Source: Bacteroidia bacterium (GTDB lineage Bacteria; Bacteroidota; Bacteroidia; Bacteroidales; VadinHA17). From it: DNA of 25,029 nt. The DNA lies in assembly GCA_026391215.1 (NCBI GenBank), contig JAPLDX010000067.1, positions 1 to 25,029 of the forward strand, read 5' to 3'. A model generated the notes under the pieces. That model saw nothing but the letters and a program-made list of their open reading frames with translations. It was not told the origin of the DNA and ran no database searches. Made by a program: the position numbers and the translations under genes. Below are positions 1 through 8,266 of this stretch, piece after piece. Each line of letters opens with the position of its first letter. Within the stretch, counting starts at the first letter, position 1.

Positions 1-3000
1 AACTCTTGTACCATTTTCTCCAGCCTGGCAATTTTTTCATCCTGTGATTCAATATGCTTTTGCTGTTCCTTGATGGCTTCGACTAAAACTGGTCCAATTT
101 TATCGTAAGCAACTGATTTATAGCCATTTTCTCCTGTAACAACAAATTCAGGATATACTTCTTCCAACTCCTGGGCAATGAATCCTATATATTTACCCTC
201 ACCGTCAACAACATCTACATCATCAGCAAGATCAAATCTTACTCCCCTCAGATTTAAAACTTTTTCAAGCGATTCCTGAAGTTCAGTTATATTTTTCTTA
301 TATCTGACGTCAGAATTTGTAAGCCAGCTGTAACCTGTTTCTACCCGGCCATAGCCGGCAGTAATATCAAGCTTTTGTCCGGGATTTGTATTTCCGATAC
401 CCATCATCCCATTCTTAACGGAAACATTACCTCCATGGTAAATAAAAATGTAATCATTGTCAAGATTGGCACCGAATGCGCCGACATATGTACCTGAAAT
501 GTTATACTCAAGACTCGAAGTTCCAGATGAACCATTTACTAATATTTTAACCGCACCTGATGTGTTTTCAATGTGCAGCTTTTGTGATGGACTGGATGTT
601 CCTATCCCGACATTTCCGCTGACAGCCAGTCCATTAGCTGTAGCAGCGTCATATGTCCCCACGGCAAGATTACCATTGACACGTAGTTTGGTTGCAGCTG
701 AAGTAATTCCGATTCCGACATTTCCGCTTGAGGTTGCCAGCCAGGCTGATTGTTGTATCTGTGCGGCGCCTGCTACATCAAGTGAAAAAGAGGGTGTGAC
801 ATCTGCAATGCCAAGCCTGGAATTTGCGTTATCCCAGTGCAGGTTTGTCGGATAGAGTACAGCACTGGTTCCGTTGCCTACCAATACTTTGTTTGCGGTA
901 AGCGTGCTATTTCCTGTACCACCCCTGGTTACCGGGAGAGTACCTGAAGTTATATCGGTGGAACTGTGTGTATGGCTTGCCGGAGTCTCCCAGGTCGCAT
1001 TTCCATCTGCATCAGAAGTCAATATTTCTCCTGCAGCAGGACTGCCTCCCCTTATCCTTATCTGACCGCTCAGATCAAGTTGCTGGGTAGGAGCGTTATG
1101 TCCTATTGCAACATTACCATTTTTCAAAACAGTAACAGCATTTGCCCTTGATGATGCACTTGACCCATTTCCGATAATAAAAAGAGGTTCAGTTGCCACC
1201 CAGCTGTTTGTGGTCCCGGAGACAATATTGAAACGGCCGATTACAAATGAACAGTAAGATTGTGCTTTTGTAGCAATATTCGCTGTTAATGAACCATATC
1301 CTGATGCTTCTGATTGATCTCCCAGTGCAACAGAATTTGCTCCGGACGCAAGGGCGTGAAAATTAGCAGCAAAAGAATAGTTACCATAAGCATATGAAGC
1401 AGTACCCAGAGCAACAGCGCCAAAAGCTGTAGCTTCTGATCCGCTTCCGAGAGCTACCGACCTGACACCCGAAGCCGTACAATCTGTCCCTATTGCAATA
1501 GCCAGTCGTTCGTTTGTCTGGGCTCCCATCCCAATGGCAAACGAATTAGAACCATTAGCTATAGTAAACCTTGTAGGTTCCATTTCATCGGTATATCCCT
1601 GTGATCCAAATGCATAGCTTCCGCTTGCCATGGCTACCGCACCTTTACCAAACGAAAATGAGTTAGTCCCTGATGATTTTGCATTATCCCCGAATGCAAA
1701 TGAATTGTCTTTATGGGCAATAGCATTGTTACCTATTGCCGTCGAATAATCGCCTCTGGCGATTGCCATATAACCCATTGCCTGCGACCAGTCGCCGACT
1801 GCCTTTGATTCATAACCTGTTGCAGTTGAATTAATACCAACACTGTCTGTCAGCTCAATCAGAACCTGCCCTGTCAGAAATGCATTTTTCAAAGGATACC
1901 AGAGTATTCTGGGTTCTGATGGATTTATTGTATCACTTGCATCTGTTGAAACATTAAAGAAGTTTATGTTGGCTCCGTCTCCCTTGGTCTTGTCAAATCC
2001 TCCTATTGCAAAACCTCCCTTTACTCCCTTTGCGGCATCATTTATATAAATCCTTACACTGTCGTCACTTACTGTCAGAAGCTTTTGCGGCTTGCCTTTT
2101 GATACTCCATAACCGCCAATTGCAAATCCTCCTTTTACCCCTTTGTCCGTTTCATTATTGTCAACATAGATTCTCACACTGTCGTTACTGACTGTCAGAA
2201 ACTGCTGAGGCCCTTTCTTTGCAACTCCAAAACCACCTATCGCAAATCCTCCTTTCGGCCCTTTATCTGTATCTGTATTGTCTATATAGACCCTTACACT
2301 GTCCCCGCTGATAAACAGGTATTGATGAGGAATGGTCTTAGGTATTCCAAATCCGCCTATGGCAAAGCCTCCCTTTGCTCCTTTTGTATCTATATCATTT
2401 ACATAGATCCTTACCCCTTCATTGTAAACTGCAAATACTGTCTGCCCTCCATGATTCTTTACCTCAAAAAGAGCCTCCTCGTCATCCGTTGTTGTTCCTG
2501 TGATCCCTATCTTCTCAACTTCAACAGGACCTTCCACATCTTTCGCTACAAGAGAATACGGAACAGCCCATATCTGTGTTGTTCCCATTACTGTGAATAC
2601 TCCTGCCGGGTATTCAACAGTTGTCTTCAGGAATACTGTCTGTGCATTCCAGTCTATATCCGTAAAATTTGCCAATCCCCCAGTACTTGAGCCATCTCCG
2701 ACTACAAATGATACAAGTCCGAACTGGTCGGAGGTTACTGCATTATCCTCTTCCCAGAGAAGAGCCCCTGTTCCGGAATTTGCATGAAGTGCTATTGTAA
2801 CAGTCATGCCCTTATTGGCGATGATCTCGTTAGAGCCGTCTCGGACAATGGCCTGGTAATTAAATCCCTGCGGGACCTGGGCGGTGGAGTCAAGAAACAA
2901 GAAACAAGATAAAAGAAACAAGAAAAAAGTTGAGGAATCCCGAGTTACTCGGGATGACGAAATCCCGAGAGCGAAGCGACTCGGGAATAAAAGAAGTGTA

Positions 3001-3020
3001 AGGGGAAGTTTTGTTTTCAT
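1..3020 (-). CDS. Secreted trimeric fibre/adhesin-like protein with C-terminal peptidase S74 (intramolecular chaperone) domain; 3' end runs off the window
   Basis: Manual translation from ATG at 3020 is open to position 1 (at least 1006 codons; absent from the ORF track). Order: leader ending DSTA|QVPQGFNYQAIVRD; N-module ending WAVPYSLVA; four KGGFAIGG repeats; 14-aa S-x-A-x-G YadA/Hep_Hag-like repeats; GNVGIG repeats; SDVRYKKNI...GFIAQELEEVYPEFV...SVAYDKIGPVLVEAIKEQQ (S74 signature plus coiled coil). Confidence 0.9.
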   Translation of the reverse strand, partial: MKTKLPLTLLLFPSRFALGISSSRVTRDSSTFFLFLLSCFLFLDSTAQVPQGFNYQAIVRDGSNEIIANKGMTVTIALHANSGTGALLWEEDNAVTSDQFGLVSFVVGDGSSTGGLANFTDIDWNAQTVFLKTTVEYPAGVFTVMGTTQIWAVPYSLVAKDVEGPVEVEKIGITGTTTDDEEALFEVKNHGGQTVFAVYNEGVRIYVNDIDTKGAKGGFAIGGFGIPKTIPHQYLFISGDSVRVYIDNTDTDKGPKGGFAIGGFGVAKKGPQQFLTVSNDSVRIYVDNNETDKGVKGGFAIGGYGVSKGKPQKLLTVSDDSVRIYINDAAKGVKGGFAIGGFDKTKGDGANINFFNVSTDASDTINPSEPRILWYPLKNAFLTGQVLIELTDSVGINSTATGYESKAVGDWSQAMGYMAIARGDYSTAIGNNAIAHKDNSFAFGDNAKSSGTNSFSFGKGAVAMASGSYAFGSQGYTDEMEPTRFTIANGSNSFAIGMGAQTNERLAIAIGTDCTASGVRSVALGSGSEATAFGAVALGTASYAYGNYSFAANFHALASGANSVALGDQSEASGYGSLTANIATKAQSYCSFVIGRFNIVSGTTNSWVATEPLFIIGNGSSASSRANAVTVLKNGNVAIGHNAPTQQLDLSGQIRIRGGSPAAGEILTSDADGNATWETPASHTHSSTDITSGTLPVTRGGTGNSTLTANKVLVGNGTSAVLYPTNLHWDNANSRLGIADVTPSFSLDVAGAAQIQQSAWLATSSGNVGIGITSAATKLRVNGNLAVGTYDAATANGLAVSGNVGIGTSSPSQKLHIENTSGAVKILVNGSSGTSSLEYNISGTYVGAFGANLDNDYIFIYHGGNVSVKNGMMGIGNTNPGQKLDITAGYGRVETGYSWLTNSDVRYKKNITELQESLEKVLNLRGVRFDLADDVDVVDGEGKYIGFIAQELEEVYPEFVVTGENGYKSVAYDKIGPVLVEAIKEQQKHIESQDEKIARLEKMVQE
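1970..2420 (-). repeat. Four intragenic ~120-nt (39-40 aa) tandem repeats, consensus VRIY(V/I)x4-7KGxKGGFAIGG(F/Y)
   Basis: Matching DNA recurs at 2041, 2161 and 2281 (exact 120-nt period) and again about 117 nt further on. Confidence 0.9.
2891..2925. repeat. 5 x 7-bp tandem repeat (CAAGAAA) encoding the hydrophobic core of the fibre signal peptide
   Basis: caagaaa caagaaa caagata aaagaaa caagaaa; the minus strand translates within FFLFLLSCFLFLD. Confidence 0.85.
2937..2986. repeat. Two adjacent TCCCGAG...CTCGGGA mini-palindromes inside the coding leader
   Basis: atcccgagt-t-actcgggat (2937-2955) and tcccgag-agcgaagcga-ctcggga (2963-2986, contains GCGAAGC). Confidence 0.85.
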
Positions 3021-3026
3021 ACTGAA

Positions 3027-3062
3027 AGGCTTAATGGCACAAAGGCGCAAAGGCGCAAAGGC
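3027..3062. repeat. 8-bp tandem array (NGGYRCAA family)
   Basis: aggcttaa tggcacaa aggcgcaa aggcgcaa aggc, immediately upstream of the fibre gene. Confidence 0.75.
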
Positions 3063-3243
3063 CTGTTATTAATCAGTTATTATATTAAAAATAGAACAAA
3101 ACGTGAATATATTCAAAAAAATTTGACGAAAGGGGCTGAAAGTTTTACGGAGGATGTAATATAGATGATGCAAATCCATTGACCGTCATCAGGCTTTAGC
3201 TGTTACATAAGGTTAAAATTCATACTTTTACAAGAAAAGAGAT

Positions 3244-4263
3244 ATGCGCATCTGCAGGAATATCAGCCTGAAACCTTACAATACATTCGGTCTTGAGTAC
3301 ATGGCTGATACGATGATCCATGTCAGAACCGAGAAGGAAGCGAAGGCGCTCTTCAATGGTGAACTCTCGTGGAAAAAACCATTGCTTATACTTGGAGGGG
3401 GAAGCAATATCCTTTTCACCGGAGACTTCAGCGGCACCATACTTTTTCCTGCATTCAGCAGGATTAAGTTTGAGGAGCATAAAAACGAACATGTCATTGT
3501 TTCAGCGGGAGCCGGGGTGGAGTGGGACAAACTCGTAGAATGGACCGTAAGAATGGGATTCGGCGGACTGGAGAATCTCTCAGGAATACCTGGAAATGTC
3601 GGAGCAGTACCGGTACAGAATATTGGCGCTTACGGATCAGAAGTAAAAGATTATATCACGAAGGTCAGGACTATCAGCACCACTGACGGTAAAGTAAGAG
3701 TATTCAGCAATGATGAATGCCGTTTTGGCTATAGAACCAGTGTATTCAAAAAGTCAGAAAAGGGTAAATACCTGGTAACAAGAGTATATTTCAAACTGGA
3801 TTTAAACTTCAAGCCAAATCTAAATTATGGTTCGCTGAATGAAGAGGTTGACAGGCTTGGTCAGCCGACATTAAGAAATGTAAGGATTGCCATAATTAAT
3901 ATAAGACAACGTAAACTTCCTGATCCTAAGGTTATTGGAAATGCAGGAAGCTTTTTCAAGAATCCTGTTGTCAGCAGGATTGTTGCAGAAAAGCTTCTGA
4001 AATCTTTTGCGGGGCTGCCCTTATTTGATGATCCGTCAGGAAATAAAAAGCTGGCTGCAGGGTGGATGATTGAGCAGTGCGGATGGAAGGGCTGGAGGAT
4101 CAGAGATGCCGGGGTACATGAGAAACAGGCGCTGGTCCTGGTCAATTATGGCAACGCAACAGGGAAAGACATATTTGACCTTTCTGAAAAAATCAGAATA
4201 TCAGTAAAAGATAAATTCGAAGTTAACCTGGAAAGGGAAGTGGAAGTTACCGGAACTATCTGA
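3244..4263 (+). CDS. murB: UDP-N-acetylenolpyruvoylglucosamine reductase
   Basis: YNTFG, LGGGSNILF, GLENLSGIPGNVG, QNIGAYG, FGYRTSVFK, GNAGSFFKNP, HEKQALVLVN, LEREV. Confidence 0.97.
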   Translation: MRICRNISLKPYNTFGLEYMADTMIHVRTEKEAKALFNGELSWKKPLLILGGGSNILFTGDFSGTILFPAFSRIKFEEHKNEHVIVSAGAGVEWDKLVEWTVRMGFGGLENLSGIPGNVGAVPVQNIGAYGSEVKDYITKVRTISTTDGKVRVFSNDECRFGYRTSVFKKSEKGKYLVTRVYFKLDLNFKPNLNYGSLNEEVDRLGQPTLRNVRIAIINIRQRKLPDPKVIGNAGSFFKNPVVSRIVAEKLLKSFAGLPLFDDPSGNKKLAAGWMIEQCGWKGWRIRDAGVHEKQALVLVNYGNATGKDIFDLSEKIRISVKDKFEVNLEREVEVTGTI

Positions 4264-5287
4264 AAATCCTTCTTTTATCAAGTTCTCTCTGGTACTGATC
4301 CGCATAACGGTTATGCTCTGCAAGTGTACGTGAGAAGTTATGATATCCTGAGAAATCTGCTTTTGCAGCAAAATAGAGATAATCGTGCTTCTCTGCATTA
4401 AGAACTGCATCAATGCCTTCAATTGTAGGACATCCTATTGGTCCGGGAGGAAAACCTCTGTGCAGATATGTATTGTAAGGAGATTCGATCTTAAGATGCT
4501 GATTCAATACTCTCGTGATCGTAAAATCATTTAATGCAAATTTTATAGTCGGACATGCCTGCAGGGGAATTCCTCTCTTAAGCCTGTTCAGGTATACACC
4601 CGCTATCTTAGGCTTTTCATCTGCTTTGACGACTTCATCATCGATTATAGATGCCAGGATGGACACTTCAATTTGTGTAAGATTTTCAGTCCTTGCTTTT
4701 TCAAGACGTTCATCAGTCCAGAACCTGTTGTACTCTTTAAGCATCCTTTTATAGAGCTCTCCTGCATCCGTATACCAGAAAAACTCATAAGTATTTGGAA
4801 TAAAAACAGAAATTACGTTTTCCCTTGTAAATCTGTCGCCGCTATAGTTATCCTGATTAGAAAGGAAATCCATTATCTGTGAGGAATCAGCTTCTATCTG
4901 TCCGCCAATTTTACCTGCAAGGTCATTGAGATACCGTATATTGTTGAAAGTCACCCTGACAGGAGTCTGCCTTCCGGATCTCAGGAGATTTAAAAGTTTT
5001 GTATAGCTTAAGCCATTTTCAATTACATACAGACCAGGTTTTACAAGAGTCGGGTAATGTTTCTTTTCAGCAATCCATTCAAAGGCTTTGGGATCTGGTA
5101 TATTAAAATGGGCTTTGATGGTATCCATTGCCTGTATATAGGATGATCCTTCAGGTATGTAAAGGGTGATTTTTTCACCTTCAGTCTTAAGGTTAATTCC
5201 AAATAAAAGCCTGTATCCCAGAATGATACAAATAACAATAACTAACGCTAATAATAAAATGAAGGATATCAGTTGTTTGCGTTTCAT
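4256..5287 (-). CDS. mltG: Endolytic peptidoglycan transglycosylase MltG (YceG family)
   Basis: N-terminal TM segment; LASIIDDE, AGVYLNRLKRGIPLQACPT, SPYNTYLHRGFPPGPI, YLYFAA, HNFSRTLAEH. Confidence 0.95.
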   Translation of the reverse strand: MKRKQLISFILLLALVIVICIILGYRLLFGINLKTEGEKITLYIPEGSSYIQAMDTIKAHFNIPDPKAFEWIAEKKHYPTLVKPGLYVIENGLSYTKLLNLLRSGRQTPVRVTFNNIRYLNDLAGKIGGQIEADSSQIMDFLSNQDNYSGDRFTRENVISVFIPNTYEFFWYTDAGELYKRMLKEYNRFWTDERLEKARTENLTQIEVSILASIIDDEVVKADEKPKIAGVYLNRLKRGIPLQACPTIKFALNDFTITRVLNQHLKIESPYNTYLHRGFPPGPIGCPTIEGIDAVLNAEKHDYLYFAAKADFSGYHNFSRTLAEHNRYADQYQRELDKRRIFR

Positions 5288-5305
5288 TTTCTATAAAAGG
5301 ATCAG

Positions 5306-5313
5306 CAAATTTA
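5306..5313 (-). promoter_or_regulatory. Putative Bacteroidota -7 promoter box (TAAATTTG) for mltG
   Basis: Matches TAnnTTTG 18 nt upstream of the start codon. Confidence 0.5.
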
Positions 5314-5341
5314 CTTATAAAGTAAATAAGTACAAAAAGTC

Positions 5342-5375
5342 GTGCAATTATGCAATCATGCATTCATGCAATCAT
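5342..5375. repeat. 4 x 8-bp tandem array (ATGCAATC)
   Basis: gtgcaatt atgcaatc atgcattc atgcaatc in the divergent mltG/tauE gap. Confidence 0.8.
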
Positions 5376-5426
5376 TTTATTCATATTTTTACAGATAGTA
5401 ATCATTATTATAATAAAATTAAAACG

Positions 5427-5801
5427 ATGAATATGTCAGTTACAACGTTAGTTCTGCTTTGTGTTATCGGGATTATCACAGGGGTAATGGCCGGTATGCT
5501 GGGTATTGGCGGAGCAATAATCATGATACCGGCGCTGGTATTTATATTGGGCTTCAACCAGCAGATGGCTCAGGGTACTAGCCTGGCCGTTATGCTGCCG
5601 CCGATAGGAATTATTGCAACTTACAATTACTGGAAGGCAGGACAGGTCAACATCAAATTTGCACTGATCCTGGCAGCTGCTTTTATTATCGGATCATATT
5701 TCGGTTCGAAACTGGCATTGAATATTCCTCAGCCAGTCCTTAAGAAAATATTTGGTGTCCTCCTGCTCCTGGTAGCAGCGAAGATGCTTCTGTCTAAATA
5801 A
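5427..5801 (+). CDS. Half-size TauE/SafE (TSUP) family membrane transporter, 124 aa
   Basis: GMLGIGGAIIMIPAL and AQGTSLAVMLPP motifs; start moved to ATG 5427 after an A-rich leader because the longer track ORF overlaps mltG and the repeat. Confidence 0.88.
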   Translation: MNMSVTTLVLLCVIGIITGVMAGMLGIGGAIIMIPALVFILGFNQQMAQGTSLAVMLPPIGIIATYNYWKAGQVNIKFALILAAAFIIGSYFGSKLALNIPQPVLKKIFGVLLLLVAAKMLLSK

Positions 5802-5806
5802 GCCTT

Positions 5807-6442
5807 TCAGAACATTATTCCAATGCTAAGCAGAAACGCATTTGCACGGTCGTCAAGGTTAACGGCTGTTCCAATGGCATTTTCAATCTTGTTCTGGTAT
5901 TTTTTCAGGCTTCCCTCATATCGGAGATCAACGGTCATCAAACCGATAAGATCAACCCCGACACCTGCCTGGTAGCCAAATGACATCCTGCCATAAATAG
6001 TCTCAAGTTGAGGATCATCGATCAGTTCCTGTGGCGTATTGATAAGAAATGAGCCCAAAGGTCCTGCATTAATCCTTGCCGGTCCAAGCTTAACTCCAAC
6101 CATTACCGGGACATCAATCTTATTGAAACTCTGTTTTACGTCCTCTGAAGTTGCTGTCAGTACATCAGTAACTGTATATTCATTTGTCCTTGTTGAAAAA
6201 AGTATCTCAGGCTGAACAAATAATTTTGAAATGCTGACTCTTCCGAAAATACCGCCATGGAAGCCGAAATTCATGCCTCCCAGGCTTTCTACGGTATATG
6301 TTTTAGTGCCTGAAGATACCAATTTAGCATCTGCCATTGTTATTGAAGTGGTGCTGGCTCCCGCTTTCACTCCGAATTTAAACTGTGAGAAAGCCGGAAG
6401 TGGTAATAATGCCGCTATTGCAATAATCACTAGTTTTTTCAT
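5807..6442 (-). CDS. Outer-membrane beta-barrel (porin family / PorT-like) protein
   Basis: Signal peptide (AFS|Q), FGVKAG, VQPEILFS, IDVPVMVG, VDLRYE, C-terminal LSIGIMF beta-signal. Confidence 0.85.
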   Translation of the reverse strand: MKKLVIIAIAALLPLPAFSQFKFGVKAGASTTSITMADAKLVSSGTKTYTVESLGGMNFGFHGGIFGRVSISKLFVQPEILFSTRTNEYTVTDVLTATSEDVKQSFNKIDVPVMVGVKLGPARINAGPLGSFLINTPQELIDDPQLETIYGRMSFGYQAGVGVDLIGLMTVDLRYEGSLKKYQNKIENAIGTAVNLDDRANAFLLSIGIMF

Positions 6443-6622
6443 AATGAGGTTTTTAAGTTAAATCAAACAAGTTAAATTGATAGTTAATTTATGATAACAT
6501 CTTATATAAAACGGTAAAACAATTAAAAAGGTTGCAGTCTTCTTTAAAATAACGATTACACCACTTCTTTTATTTTACCATTAACTATTCTTATCTTGGC
6601 TGTGAATTGTTATTAGTAAGAT

Positions 6623-8229
6623 ATGAAAAGAATAATTCTGTCAGGACTGGTTTTATTATCATACTTTTATCCAAACATTTACAATCAGGAGACACCAGTT
6701 GAAAAAGGCCTTAAAGCCATCTCAGCTGATGTGATCAAAGCCCAGACGGGTTTTCTGGCCTCAGACTGGACTGAAGGAAGAGAGGCCGGTGAAAGAGGGG
6801 AATACCTGGCAGGTGAGGTGATTATATCGCCAGCATGTTACAGCTTTACGGAGTCAGCCCGGGAGGAGATTTCCCAAGAGCCAGAGGGTTCTTTTCAACA
6901 CCTCCTGTAACACAGAGAACATTCTTCCAGAATTTTACCCTTCTTAAAACTTTACCGGGAGATGAACAGGTACTTAAAGTAAAGTCGACTGACGGTGTAG
7001 CTGTCAAAACAATTTCCTTTGAAAAGAACATTGACTTCATGATAAGAACTGTAGGCCAGAGCATTGAGATTGAAGCGCCTGTGGTTTTTGCCGGCTATGG
7101 ATTTAAGAATGACAGGCTTAAATATAACGACTTCACCAATCTCGATATAAAAGGCAAATTCATTCTTAAGATCAGCGGTATACCGGGATTTGCAAGGGAT
7201 AAGCTTACACCGGAGGAATTATCTGCTTCTACAAGGGATACGGAAAATATGTTGAAAAACATGGGCATTGCGGGCATTATTGAATTTAATCCTGCTTCAA
7301 ACACTGTCGGATTTCGACCGGCACCAGATTTCCTTAATATGTCACCTGCAGAAGGAAGGCAACGCCCGGGAGGACCTTTTGCAAACTATTCTATTCCGGG
7401 TGAAAAGAATCCTGAAAATCTTATCAGGATAATAGTTTCAGTGAAAACAGCCAATGAATTTCTTAAAGGATCCGGTATTGAGATTGATGATTACATAAAA
7501 AAAGTTGAGACAGGCAAACCGGGACACAATAGTGCCATACCCTTGAAAACAATATTTGTCAAATCTGAAATTATAACCACTTCCGTGCCGGTAAGAAATG
7601 TTCTCGGAATAATTGAAGGAGATGATCCCAACCAGGTTATTGTACTGGGAGCCCATTACGATCATGAGGGCATGTCAGAAGGCAATGTCTGGAACGGGGC
7701 AGATGATAATGCCTCAGGAACTGTAGGGGTTTTGACGGTGGCAAAAGCAATCATGGAGACTGGCAAAAAACCGGAAAAAACCATAATATTTGCTCTGTGG
7801 ACTGCTGAAGAGAAAGGGCTTCTTGGCTCACGATATTATGTAGATAATCTTGCGTTTCCTCTTAAAAATCTTCGCCTGAATGTAAATTTTGACATGATCT
7901 CAAGATATGTATCAGAAGATGAGACTGATAAGGTAACTATGACATATACAAACACTTACCCGGGATTCAAAGAGCTTACTGCAGGAAACCTGAGTAAATA
8001 TGGTATAGACATGGATGTAGTTTATGAACCCTCTGATGATCCCCCGGGAGGAAGTGATCACAGGTCATTTGTGGCTGTCGGAGTGCCTGTCATGAGGTTT
8101 AAGCCGGGTCACAGGGAAGAGTACCATACACCTGCGGATGAGATCTCAACTCTTGACTGGGATATCATGGAAAAGATAATAAGGATCAGCTTTGCTAATG
8201 TCTGGGAGCTTTCAAACAGTTCCTGGTAG
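6623..8229 (+). pseudogene. Secreted M28 family metallopeptidase with PA domain, frameshifted by a 5-bp duplication
   Basis: The N-terminal part (signal peptide, FLASDWTEGREAG) and the catalytic part (GAHYDH, NGADDNASG, AEEKGLLGS, NFDMI, SDH, YHTPAD) are in different frames. Removing one AGGTG of aggtgaggtg (6811-6820) gives a single 533-aa ORF. Confidence 0.8.
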
Positions 8230-8266
8230 TTATGGAATAAAACATTACAATTTAATTTTAAATACT

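Noticed and set aside
1-3020. Prophage tail gene or diversity-generating retroelement target
   Set aside because: The gene has a signal peptide and a housekeeping neighbour; no phage genes, reverse transcriptase or TR/VR pair are visible in the window.
457-3072. Plus-strand ORFs in the track (457-855, 874-1065, 2322-2690, 2500-2787, 2884-3072 and others)
   Set aside because: They are antisense shadows of the long minus-strand fibre ORF; 2884-3072 is largely translated repeat DNA.
4256-4263. 8-nt convergent overlap of murB and mltG
   Set aside because: Short tail-to-tail overlaps are common and need no special explanation.
5166-5426. Long N-terminal extension of the TauE ORF, and its half size
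   Set aside because: The extension runs through mltG and repeat DNA; ~120-aa half-size TSUP proteins are a known form.
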